Under the pieces are notes generated by a model, which did no database searches, was not told where the DNA came from, and saw only the letters and a list, made by a program, of their open reading frames with translations. Shown here piece after piece: positions 1-9,094 of a DNA stretch of 64,000 nt. The position numbers and the translations under genes were made by a program. Origin of the DNA: Candidatus Daviesbacteria bacterium. Lineage in GTDB: Bacteria > Patescibacteriota > Microgenomatia > Daviesbacterales > UBA10151. The number at the start of each line of letters is the position of its first letter. Within the stretch, counting starts at the first letter, position 1. The DNA is taken from assembly GCA_016195715.1 (NCBI GenBank), contig JACPZA010000031.1, forward strand, positions 60,336 to 124,335, in the 5' to 3' direction.

Positions 1-1
1 A

Positions 2-595
2 GTAGGCTGGCAATTATCCAGTACACCTGCCAGTGGTGTACCACAAGCTCCTATCGTGACTATTTCGTCAGATAGTTCTTGCAAAAGCGTTTCTCTTAAT
101 TGGAATGATGTTGCTAATGAAACAGGCTATATAGTGAATAGGAAAAAAACGGCTGATTCTACTTATTTAACTGTTTCTGGAACACTCCCAGCCAACACCA
201 CGACCTATACTGATAACCTAGATATTTCAGCCACTAGCTATGATTATTTAGTTAAATCCCTAAATGATTTTGGCAAATCTGATCGATCTAATATAGTCAC
301 AGCTCCAGTTACTCCAACAACCCCATCTAATTTAGCTTCTGGCGCAGTTACCAAAACTACCATTGCACTTTCTTGGATCGATAATTCTGATAATGAAACA
401 GGTTTTGTAGTTAACAGAAAAAAAACCACCGATTCTACTTATTTAACTGTTTCTGGAACTTTGCCAGCAAATACTACAACCTATACTGATAAAAACCTAG
501 CAGCAAACACTAGTTATGATTATTTGGTTAAATCAGTTAACTGTAGCGTTAAGTCAGATAGGTCAAATTTAATAACAGTTGTAACATCAAAATAA
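2..595 (+). CDS. Secreted protein C-terminus with two fibronectin type III repeats (5' truncated by window edge)
   Basis: Frame is open from base 2. Two near-identical FN3 units (LxWxDxxxNETGYxVxRK...TTTYTD...Y.Y.VKS.N). Confidence 0.8.
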   Translation, partial: VGWQLSSTPASGVPQAPIVTISSDSSCKSVSLNWNDVANETGYIVNRKKTADSTYLTVSGTLPANTTTYTDNLDISATSYDYLVKSLNDFGKSDRSNIVTAPVTPTTPSNLASGAVTKTTIALSWIDNSDNETGFVVNRKKTTDSTYLTVSGTLPANTTTYTDKNLAANTSYDYLVKSVNCSVKSDRSNLITVVTSK

Positions 596-2565
596 TGAAA
601 TTAATTAGGTTGGCTATATTTTTAATAGTTTTTTCAGTATTAGGATTATTTATGGTGTCCCATTTACCTTTAACTAAAACTGTTTTAGCTGCTTCAGTTA
701 CAGTTTCAGGTAAAGCTTATGACTCAGCAACTAATAAAGCTGTGGCAGTTGGATTAAAAGTAGCAACCTGTGGATCAAGTTCTAGAGATCCAGTTATTAA
801 ATCAGATGGGACTTTTAGTTTCAGTTTAAATACCGGAGATTTATTTTGTATTCGAGGACCAGCAGTTTCTGGGTATACTAATGACTGTTGTTATGAGTGG
901 CAAATAGCTGGTATTAATTGTCCCCAAGATACGAAAAATCCTAGCTGTCAAGCTGGAGGAGCTCAAGGAGCTGTATCTCAAGATAGAGGGAGTGATTCTG
1001 GTTATAACATTATTTACACTAGTGTTCCAAGTAATGGTGGGAATGTTTCGGGAAAATTATTTGATAAAGATACCAACCAAGCTTTAGGTGTGGGTTTAAA
1101 AGTGGCAACTTGTGGTGCAAATCCCAGCCGAGATCCAACAGTCAATTCTGATGGAACATTTGAGTTTACTGTTCCCAAAGGTGGTCTGTATTGTGTCAGA
1201 GCACCTGATGTTTCTGGCTATAAAAACACCACTGGTTGTTGTTTTGAATGGCAGGTGGCTGGAATTGACTGTCAAGCAAATAAAACTAATCCCAACTGCC
1301 AGGGTAAAAATCCAGATGGAACTGGGTCAACAACTATGGATCGCTCAACTGATACAGGATATGATTTTGCTTATTCTAAAATAGTTAGCTCCCCAACTCC
1401 AACTACACCGCCCACGTCTACACCCTCAGCGACTGTCGCCCCTACCATAGTAACTAAGATTGAGTTGGCTGAAGATCCTAATTTTACCAACTCGGTGACA
1501 GTTGTCCCCTCGCCTTATAATAGCGATTCGGCTGGCAATGCCATTTCCACTTATAATTTTTTGCCAGATAGCTCAACTGGCTTAGTCTCATCTGGAATAA
1601 AAAATGTTTGGGTTAGATACAGCTCATCAGATGGTCAAACAGAGATTGCAGGGCCTGCATCGATTGAGTTTGTGGCTTCTGATCCAGTAGTTACCGAGCT
1701 TAGCTGTTTGAAGGATTCAAGTAATAATGTAACATTTAATTTTATTGGATCTGATTTTGGCCAAACTCCCGGGACAATTACTGCTGTTGTATCTGATACT
1801 CAAACTCCCTTAGCTTTGCAAGGAGTTTGGACAGAGACTTCAGTATCTGGAAGTCTGCCTAATACTCCAACTGATGTAACCACTTTTCCTGTTAGCTTAA
1901 CTCGCTTTGATGGAAAAACTGTCAGTAGTGTTTGTGATTTAACCGCAGCTCAAATTTCCATTGGTGCTGATTATTTTTGTCCAGCTATTCCAAACCATCA
2001 AGAAGATAATGTGAATATGACTATTTATGACGCAGTTTCTGGAAATAAACTAGATGATGAAACTGTTTCGATTAATCCTTTAGGGATAGTCTCCGGATAT
2101 ACATTTACTTTTATTGAAAACGGTAAATATACTCTTTCACTAAAACCGACCTTTGGTTTGCGCCGCTTTGGTAGTTTTACAGCCAAGACTAATCCAGGAA
2201 ATACCAATATTGTTAATCTTTCGCTGCCTGTTGGGGATATTGCTCCAGATAATGGTGATGGAATTATTAATGATTTTGATGGTCAAGAATTAAAGATTCA
2301 CCAATTTGGTGATGTTCCAACCGATGCTACCCGCTCCGGCGATTTTAATAAAGATAGTGCAGTTAATTCTTTCGATTGGTCTTGTATGAAATCTGATTAT
2401 TTCGAAACTGATGCACCGCTACCAAACTTTCCAGTCTCTGGTTTTGGAGCAACACCCACTCCTACACCGACACCATTTTTTAGCTCTTTCCCCACTAATA
2501 CTCCAACTCCGACTCCAACTTTAGAGCCAAGTAGCGAAGTCAGTCCAACACCAGCTAGTACATAA
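595..2565 (+). CDS. Secreted modular protein: two Cys-rich CC[YF]EWQ modules, Ig-like regions, C-terminal dockerin-like EF-hand pair, PT-rich tail
   Basis: N-terminal signal/TM, tandem ~105-aa repeats, GDIAPDNGDGIINDFD and GDFNKDSAVNSFD loops. Confidence 0.7.
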   Translation: MKLIRLAIFLIVFSVLGLFMVSHLPLTKTVLAASVTVSGKAYDSATNKAVAVGLKVATCGSSSRDPVIKSDGTFSFSLNTGDLFCIRGPAVSGYTNDCCYEWQIAGINCPQDTKNPSCQAGGAQGAVSQDRGSDSGYNIIYTSVPSNGGNVSGKLFDKDTNQALGVGLKVATCGANPSRDPTVNSDGTFEFTVPKGGLYCVRAPDVSGYKNTTGCCFEWQVAGIDCQANKTNPNCQGKNPDGTGSTTMDRSTDTGYDFAYSKIVSSPTPTTPPTSTPSATVAPTIVTKIELAEDPNFTNSVTVVPSPYNSDSAGNAISTYNFLPDSSTGLVSSGIKNVWVRYSSSDGQTEIAGPASIEFVASDPVVTELSCLKDSSNNVTFNFIGSDFGQTPGTITAVVSDTQTPLALQGVWTETSVSGSLPNTPTDVTTFPVSLTRFDGKTVSSVCDLTAAQISIGADYFCPAIPNHQEDNVNMTIYDAVSGNKLDDETVSINPLGIVSGYTFTFIENGKYTLSLKPTFGLRRFGSFTAKTNPGNTNIVNLSLPVGDIAPDNGDGIINDFDGQELKIHQFGDVPTDATRSGDFNKDSAVNSFDWSCMKSDYFETDAPLPNFPVSGFGATPTPTPTPFFSSFPTNTPTPTPTLEPSSEVSPTPAST

Positions 2566-2614
2566 AAATATATAATGAACAAGTTCTTGTTGTACAATAA
2601 ATTTAAAGCTTAAA

Positions 2615-3286
2615 ATGGGAACAGAATCTGCCGCACCAATCATCATTCATACTACTCCTTTACCTGAAAATAAGGGTATACTACCTTCTCAGTATCCAAA
2701 ATCTTTTCCCAAAATACTTTTTATAGTTTTAATTTTAATTATCATAGCTGAGTTAATTTGGGGAGCTTGGTATATTTTCAGACCCCTTCAAAAAAGAATA
2801 AACTCAAGTCCACAAAACAGTTTGGTGACCAAATTACCTAAGTCTACTGCTTCCATTAAACTTTCATCTATAAATCCTAGCGTATCAGTTGGAGATAAAC
2901 TGTCTGTGGATATTAATTTAAGTTCAAAAAACACCCCTTCAGATGGAGTGGATATAGTCATTAAATATGATCCTAACTTTCTTAGGGTTGAAGGTAAAAA
3001 TGAGGAAGTTTTTATCAAAGGTAGTGTTTTTCCAGAATACCTAGGTTACAAGGTTGATAATAAACTGGGAGTGTTGCGTATTTCTGGGATTAGTGAGGTT
3101 ACATCAGCTCCGGCAATTGCCCAGGGATTGTTTGGGACGGTTAATTTTAAAGCTGTCAATCAGGGAACAACTCAAGTGGTGGTGGATTTTAAGCCAGGAA
3201 ATACTACTGATTCTAACGTCATTGATAGTAAGTCAAATAAAGATATTCTTGACAAAGTGAGCAACCTTTCAGTTAAGATTAATTAG
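2615..3286 (+). CDS. Membrane-anchored cohesin-like domain protein
   Basis: N-terminal TM, then a beta-rich domain with VGDKLSVDI, DGVDIVIKYDPNFL, VDNKLGVLRISG, FGTVNFKA. Confidence 0.65.
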   Translation: MGTESAAPIIIHTTPLPENKGILPSQYPKSFPKILFIVLILIIIAELIWGAWYIFRPLQKRINSSPQNSLVTKLPKSTASIKLSSINPSVSVGDKLSVDINLSSKNTPSDGVDIVIKYDPNFLRVEGKNEEVFIKGSVFPEYLGYKVDNKLGVLRISGISEVTSAPAIAQGLFGTVNFKAVNQGTTQVVVDFKPGNTTDSNVIDSKSNKDILDKVSNLSVKIN

Positions 3287-4057
3287 ATGATTAAAAAAAT
3301 TATCGGACTTTTGGCTTTAATTGTTTTTTTAGTTACTCCATCAAGCGCACTTGCAGTTGGAGCAACTTTGTCACTTAATCCTTCCAGTTCAACTGTCAAT
3401 AAAGGTTGCAGTTTTTCTGTTGGGATTGACTTAGATACTGGAGGTAATAATACCGATGGGACTGATGTAATTTTAAAATTTGACCCAACTATTTTAACAG
3501 CTGGAGCAATTACTCAAGGTTCAGTTTATCCTGATTATCCTGGCAAATCAACAGATAACTCAGCCGGGACAGTCACTATTTCTGGACTAGCGTCAGTAAC
3601 CACCCCATTTAATGGTAGTGGCAGATTTGCTGATGTCAGTTTTACAGTTAACCCCAACGCTTCTCAATCAGTTGCTCAGATAAATTTTGATTTTGATCCC
3701 TCTAATAAAACAAATTCCCGGGATTCAAATGTGGTTCAATCAGTTAACGTGGTGGATATTTTAAATTCAGTTACTAATGGTAGTTATACAATTGCTAGTG
3801 GTGCTTGTTCAACTACAGCTACCTCTACACCTACCCCTACTCCAGTTCCTGGTGGTGGCGGAGTAATTGGTGCTTCTACCCCAACCCCTACTCCATTTGG
3901 TTTTATAAATGGAGTTCCAAAAGGTGGATTAATTGCTAGTGGCTCAGGTAATAACAACACTTTGCCTCCAGCTGGAGTTTCTGGACCAACCTTAGCGCTG
4001 TCTATTGTTGGTGTGTTTTTAGTAATTGGTGGAATACTGGGTTTAGCTTTACTTTAA
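3287..4057 (+). CDS. Secreted cohesin-like protein with PT linker and C-terminal LPPAG motif plus TM anchor
   Basis: Signal peptide (SALA), DGTDVILKFDPTIL and DNSAGTVTISG motifs, TLPPAG followed by a hydrophobic helix. Confidence 0.65.
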   Translation: MIKKIIGLLALIVFLVTPSSALAVGATLSLNPSSSTVNKGCSFSVGIDLDTGGNNTDGTDVILKFDPTILTAGAITQGSVYPDYPGKSTDNSAGTVTISGLASVTTPFNGSGRFADVSFTVNPNASQSVAQINFDFDPSNKTNSRDSNVVQSVNVVDILNSVTNGSYTIASGACSTTATSTPTPTPVPGGGGVIGASTPTPTPFGFINGVPKGGLIASGSGNNNTLPPAGVSGPTLALSIVGVFLVIGGILGLALL

Positions 4058-4088
4058 GGACAGAGGACAGAAGATTGAAGATGGAAGT

Positions 4089-5012
4089 ATGAATTTATCT
4101 ACTCTGATAGCTGATTTTTTGGAATATTTAGAGTTGGAAAGAAATGTTTCCCAAAAAACAATTAAAAATTATTCTCATTATTTAAAAAGATTTTTAGATT
4201 TTGCTGGAGATATTAAAGTCTCAAATATTGATTTAAATTTAATTAGAAAATATCGGCTATTTTTAGCCAGGTTTATAGATGAACAAACCAAAAAGCCCTT
4301 AAAACGGGTTACTCAAAATTTCTTTTTAATTGCATTAAGAGCTTTCTTGAGGTATTTATCACGAATTGATGTTAAATCCCTTTCTGCTGAAAAAGTGGAG
4401 CTTGGTGAACAAGACCCCTCCCCGCTTCGTATTTTGAATGAAGATGATTTAGCCAGATTACTTCAAGCACCTGGACAAAGTTCTAAAGAAGGGATTAGAG
4501 ATAAAACTATTTTGGAGCTGCTTTTTTCAACTGGGCTTAGAGTTTCAGAACTGGCATCGCTAAATAGAGATCAAATTAATTTACAAAGACGTGAGTTTGG
4601 AGTAGTAGGAAAAGGTGGTAAAGAACGGGTAGTTTTTTTATCAGATTCTGCCGTGGAGTGGTTAGAAAGATTTTTAATGATGAGAAAAGATAGTTTTAAA
4701 CCTTTATTTATTCGTTATCAAGGTCGAGTTGAAACTTTAGATCAGGGAGAAAAAATGAGACTCACTCCTCGCTCAATTGAACGAATTGTAGAAAAATATG
4801 TTAAATTAGTTGGTCTTGCTATTAAAGCTACACCGCATACTCTAAGGCATTCATTTGCAACCGATTTATTAATAAATGGAGCGGATATTAGATCAGTTCA
4901 AGAGATGTTAGGTCATTCCAATATTTCTACCACTCAAATTTATACTCATGTAACAAACCGCCAACTCAAAGAAGTCCATAAAGCTTTTCATAGCAAAAAC
5001 CGCTCAGAGTAA
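4089..5012 (+). CDS. Tyrosine recombinase, XerC/XerD family
   Basis: TGLRVSE, GKGGKER, HTLRHSFAT and LGHSNISTTQIY motifs; 307 aa. Confidence 0.92.
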   Translation: MNLSTLIADFLEYLELERNVSQKTIKNYSHYLKRFLDFAGDIKVSNIDLNLIRKYRLFLARFIDEQTKKPLKRVTQNFFLIALRAFLRYLSRIDVKSLSAEKVELGEQDPSPLRILNEDDLARLLQAPGQSSKEGIRDKTILELLFSTGLRVSELASLNRDQINLQRREFGVVGKGGKERVVFLSDSAVEWLERFLMMRKDSFKPLFIRYQGRVETLDQGEKMRLTPRSIERIVEKYVKLVGLAIKATPHTLRHSFATDLLINGADIRSVQEMLGHSNISTTQIYTHVTNRQLKEVHKAFHSKNRSE

Positions 5013-5014
5013 GA

Positions 5015-5356
5015 TTAAAATTCTTTAAGAAGCATTGACAGTGCGGTAGATATCACAGATAAAACTATTGCTCCTAAAATTGCTGCCCACCAACCATCAA
5101 TAGTTAAGCCTGGAACTAAAGCTGAAGCCAGTTTTAAAACAATTGCATTCACCACAAAGGCAAATAGACCCAAAGTTAAAAAAGTTAAAGGTGCTGTTAA
5201 AATTAATAATACTGGTTTAATAAAAGTATTAATTACCCCTAAAACTATGGCAGCCAAAATAGCTGCTTGAAAATTTACAACATGAAAGCCTGGAACAAGG
5301 TAGGCTGTAATAATTAAAGCTAGTGCATTAACAAGTAATGAAATAATTAAGAACAT
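5015..5356 (-). CDS. Phage holin family (YvlD-like) 4-TM membrane protein
   Basis: NTFIKPVLLILTAPLTFLTLGLFAFVVNA signature. Confidence 0.8.
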   Translation of the reverse strand: MFLIISLLVNALALIITAYLVPGFHVVNFQAAILAAIVLGVINTFIKPVLLILTAPLTFLTLGLFAFVVNAIVLKLASALVPGLTIDGWWAAILGAIVLSVISTALSMLLKEF

Positions 5357-5381
5357 ATATAATTCTAGTCACATCTCACAT

Positions 5382-6317
5382 TTACTTGTCAACTAAAGAT
5401 TTTAAAAGTTGAACATTTTCTAAATCAGGACCATTACCTGCAAATCCAGGGACTTCTAGAATAAAGGGTATATCTTTTAACTTGGGGTGATTAATTAAAT
5501 TAGAAAAGCCTTCTTTGCCAATAAAACCTTCACCAATATTTTCATGACGATCACGATTTGATCTATATTCTACTTTTGAATCATTAGCATGAATAACAGC
5601 TAAATTTTCTAAACCAATTTCTTGCTCAAACTCTTCCAAAACATCTTTTAATCCTAAAACTGATTTAACATCATAACCTGATGCAAAAACATGTTGCGTA
5701 TCTAAACAAATTTTTAATCTGGGGTTATCAACTTGTTTTAAAATCTCACCTAGTTCTCTAAAATTCCCTCCAAGATTTCCGCCAGCACCAGCAGAAGTTT
5801 CTAAAATTAGCTGTGGTTGTTTGAATCGTTTGGGGTCCTGCCGGTCCGCAGCTCCATCCGATGTCCTCACTGCGCTGCGGGCACTCGATGGGGCGCCCCG
5901 CTCCCCGTCACCCCTCACTTCCTTTAGGATCAAACCTAAACTTTTTATTACCTGTTCCTTAATTGCCTCAAAGCCTACTCCTTTATGAGAACCAAGATGA
6001 AAAATTACACCTTGCATTTCTAAGTCCTTGGCCAAATTTAGCGCATAAATAAGCCAATCAATTGATTTTTTTAAATGTTCTTTGTTTTGTGTTCCTAAAT
6101 TTATTAGATAAGTCCCATGGATAAAATTAGGGGAAATCCCCGACTCTTTCTGAGCTTTTAAAAAAGCTGAAACTTCATCTTCTGGATGTCTAGTTTTTAA
6201 CCATTGTTGTGGAGGTGAGATAAAAATTTGAAAACAGTCTGCATTAATTTGCTTAGCTCTTTGAAAAGCTAATTCTAAGGAAACTGAGGCTGAAACATGA
6301 GCTCCAACTTTTGGCAT
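5382..6317 (-). CDS. nfo: Endonuclease IV with in-frame GC-rich insertion
   Basis: GAHVS, HGTYLINL, ILETSAG, CLDTQH, HANDSK, DRHENIGEG motifs. Confidence 0.93.
   Translation of the reverse strand: MPKVGAHVSASVSLELAFQRAKQINADCFQIFISPPQQWLKTRHPEDEVSAFLKAQKESGISPNFIHGTYLINLGTQNKEHLKKSIDWLIYALNLAKDLEMQGVIFHLGSHKGVGFEAIKEQVIKSLGLILKEVRGDGERGAPSSARSAVRTSDGAADRQDPKRFKQPQLILETSAGAGGNLGGNFRELGEILKQVDNPRLKICLDTQHVFASGYDVKSVLGLKDVLEEFEQEIGLENLAVIHANDSKVEYRSNRDRHENIGEGFIGKEGFSNLINHPKLKDIPFILEVPGFAGNGPDLENVQLLKSLVDK
5833..5918. repeat. GC-rich palindromic element, family A (GGGTCCTG...CACCCYTCAC), in frame within nfo
   Basis: Abrupt GC island with internal stem GCTCCAT/ATGGGGC and TGTCC/GGGCA; termini shared with 15923-16023. 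Confidence 0.75.
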
Positions 6318-6374
6318 AAAGCAATATTAACAAATTGCTTAAAAAAAAGTTAAACTTGACAGTGTTTTAAAAGT

Positions 6375-9017
6375 GTGAGTATTGTGAAAATAATGAAGAA
6401 ATTATCTCAGTCGGGGTTTGCTGGAATTTTAGGGCTTTTTAGCTTACTGATTGTGATTATGGGTATTTTAGCTGGGGTTTACTTAGTTAAAAATTATTCA
6501 ACTAATCCAAAGACCCAAGCGACAGGTGAAACTATTAAATTTGTTGATGACCAAGGAAATACTATTAACTCAACCACCTCAAATATAGTTAAAGTTTCGC
6601 TAACTGCTCCAGTTTGGTCAGCTACGTCTAGCAGTTTTTTGAAATTAATTCCTAATTTGTCTTTAATCAAAGATGCCCAAGCTGCAACTTTATATACAGT
6701 TTCAGGAAAACTCTATGATCAAAAAACTAATCAAGGAATTGGAGCAGGATTAACAATTGAAACTTGTGCTGATCCAAGTTTTAGAAGTAACCCCAAAGTA
6801 AGTTCTGATGGGACTTTTAGTTTCCAAGTTAGGGATAAAGAAACTTATTGTGTCAGGGCTCCACAAGTTTCAGGTTACAGTCTTAGTGGAACTTGTTGTT
6901 ATGAGTGGCAAATTGCCAATATTAATTGCCAGACAAGCTCAGATCCAGTTTGTGGAGGTTCATCAGATGAATCATCAGGTGCTAAAGAGCAAGATAGGTC
7001 AACTGACTCTGGTTTTAATTTTGCTTATCAAGCAAGTGGCAATAGCGGAGGGGGCGGAAGTGGTGATTCTGGCAAAGTAAAAGTTTCTGGAAAGGCTTAC
7101 GACAAAGCTACCAATAAACCAGTTGGAGTTGGACTAACTGTGGCAACTTGTGGTGGTGCAAAAAGGGATCCAGTTATTCAATCTGATGGCAGCTTTCAAT
7201 TTAAAGTTGATCAAGGCGGACTATTTTGTGTCAGAGCACCTGATGTTTCAAGATACACTAACAACTGCTGTTATGAGTGGCAAATTGCTGGGGTAGATTG
7301 TGCAGCTCATCCTAAAAGTGCTGATTGTCAGCAAGGTGATGCTAAGACCATGGACCAAAGTACAGATAGCAACTACAATATAATATACACCTCAAAAACC
7401 AAACCTACCCCAACACCTAATCCCCAAACAAAATCAGTAGTTTTAGCTGAAGATCCAAACTTTACTATTAATTCTAAAACTCTAGATTTTACAACCAGTC
7501 CAATAAGTTATACTTTTTCTGATTCAACTCCAGGTTTAAAAGTTTTATATGCTAAATTTATTGCAATTGATGGTAGAGTTCAAAACGCTTCACCCTTCCC
7601 TGCTCAAATTCAATTGATCAATGCGTCTAGCAAACCTAATATTATAGTTGTTATGACAGATGATCAAACTCTACAATCAATGGCTTATCTTCCAAAAGTT
7701 AACTCATTAATTCGTGATCAGGGTAGCGAATTTACCAATTTCTTTGTTTCTAGCTCACTTTGTTGTCCATCCCGCTCGGAATTTTTAACCGGTCAATATG
7801 CCCACAATAATGGAGTTATCTCAAATCAACCTCCAAACGGTGGTTATGACAAGCTAGATAATACCAATACTTTAGCAGTCTGGTTAAAAAATTCAGGTTA
7901 TTATACCGGACTAGTTGGCAAATATTTAAATGGTTTTGGTAATGCTAAAAATGCTGATCCCAAAGCTCTCCCACCTGGCTGGAGCGATTTTCATGGCGGT
8001 TGGGGTCAATCATTTTATAGTAGTTATTTTAACTATACTTTGGATGAAAATGGTAAATTAGTTGATTATAAAGATGATGGTGTAACTGATAATAGCTACA
8101 TGACTAATGTCTTAACCCAAAGGGCGGTTGATTTTATAAATGGCCGTAAAAATGATTCTAATCCTTTCTTTCTTTGGTTAACTTATTTTACCCCTCACGA
8201 AGATGCCTCAGTTGATGGGCCAACTCCAGCTAGAAAATACCAGGGTAAGTTTGCTAGTGAGCCTCTTCCAAAGCCTGCTAGCTTTAACGAAGCAGATGTT
8301 TCTGACAAACCCCAGATGGTCCAAGATTTTGCGCTGCTTAATTCATCAGACATCTCTCATATCACCAATCACTACCGTCATACCCTGGAAGCTTTGCAAT
8401 CTGTAGATGATGGAGTTGAAACACTAATTAATACCCTCCAAACTGCTGGTAAACTTGAGAATACAATTATTATGTTCACCTCAGACAATGGTTACTTTAA
8501 TGGAGAGCACAGAAAGCCCAAGGGTAAATCAATGCTTTATGAAAACTCGATTCATTTACCACTTTTAGTTTCTGGTCCAGGAATTCCTCATCAAAGCATT
8601 GATCGAGCAGTTGTAAACATTGATTTTGCACCAACCATTGTAGATTTTAGCGGCGCAACTGCTAAAAGAACTATGGATGGAATGTCTTTTAGAGGTTTAA
8701 TTGCCAGCCCGGCTATTTCATGGAGGGATAGTTTCTTATTAGATGGTCCAGAGAATGAATATACCGCTGTTAGAACAAAGCAATATATCTATGCCGAGCA
8801 TACCTCAGGAGGTAAGAATCCAAATGAGTTATATGATTTATTTAGTGACCCAGACGAGCTGACTAATTTAATGTATACTAACTCCAAAAGCCTAAACCAA
8901 GGATTGGTAACTATGCTCCATCAACTCAAAACTTGCAATGGTTCAAACTGTAATGTTCCCTTAGCCTCTGGATTGTTGCCTTGGACTAGTTCAACCAGTT
9001 CTGCAGGATTGAAATAA
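6375..9017 (+). CDS. Surface sulfatase (formylglycine type, GlcNAc-6-sulfatase-like) with prepilin-like leader and two Cys-rich modules
   Basis: PNIIVVMTDDQ, CCPSRSEFLTG (CxPxR), GKYLNG, FTSDNG. Leader QSG|FAGIL. Likely start is ATG 6393. Confidence 0.85.
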   Translation: MSIVKIMKKLSQSGFAGILGLFSLLIVIMGILAGVYLVKNYSTNPKTQATGETIKFVDDQGNTINSTTSNIVKVSLTAPVWSATSSSFLKLIPNLSLIKDAQAATLYTVSGKLYDQKTNQGIGAGLTIETCADPSFRSNPKVSSDGTFSFQVRDKETYCVRAPQVSGYSLSGTCCYEWQIANINCQTSSDPVCGGSSDESSGAKEQDRSTDSGFNFAYQASGNSGGGGSGDSGKVKVSGKAYDKATNKPVGVGLTVATCGGAKRDPVIQSDGSFQFKVDQGGLFCVRAPDVSRYTNNCCYEWQIAGVDCAAHPKSADCQQGDAKTMDQSTDSNYNIIYTSKTKPTPTPNPQTKSVVLAEDPNFTINSKTLDFTTSPISYTFSDSTPGLKVLYAKFIAIDGRVQNASPFPAQIQLINASSKPNIIVVMTDDQTLQSMAYLPKVNSLIRDQGSEFTNFFVSSSLCCPSRSEFLTGQYAHNNGVISNQPPNGGYDKLDNTNTLAVWLKNSGYYTGLVGKYLNGFGNAKNADPKALPPGWSDFHGGWGQSFYSSYFNYTLDENGKLVDYKDDGVTDNSYMTNVLTQRAVDFINGRKNDSNPFFLWLTYFTPHEDASVDGPTPARKYQGKFASEPLPKPASFNEADVSDKPQMVQDFALLNSSDISHITNHYRHTLEALQSVDDGVETLINTLQTAGKLENTIIMFTSDNGYFNGEHRKPKGKSMLYENSIHLPLLVSGPGIPHQSIDRAVVNIDFAPTIVDFSGATAKRTMDGMSFRGLIASPAISWRDSFLLDGPENEYTAVRTKQYIYAEHTSGGKNPNELYDLFSDPDELTNLMYTNSKSLNQGLVTMLHQLKTCNGSNCNVPLASGLLPWTSSTSSAGLK

Positions 9018-9094
9018 ACTAGATAATGTTTACCAAATTCTTACTTGCATCTTACATGTTTGTTACATATACTAATACTGTAATTTAAGTTTTT

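Noticed and set aside
111-570. Direct DNA repeats as a CRISPR or mobile element
   Set aside because: They are the two coding FN3 domains. No regularly spaced repeat-spacer array or cas gene was seen anywhere in the window.
2449-2565. PT/TP low-complexity runs as DNA repeats
   Set aside because: Ordinary Pro/Thr linkers with mixed codons.
4089-5356. Integrase plus holin as a prophage remnant
   Set aside because: The recombinase is a typical chromosomal Xer and the holin-family protein is a common cellular membrane protein; no phage genes or att repeats were seen.
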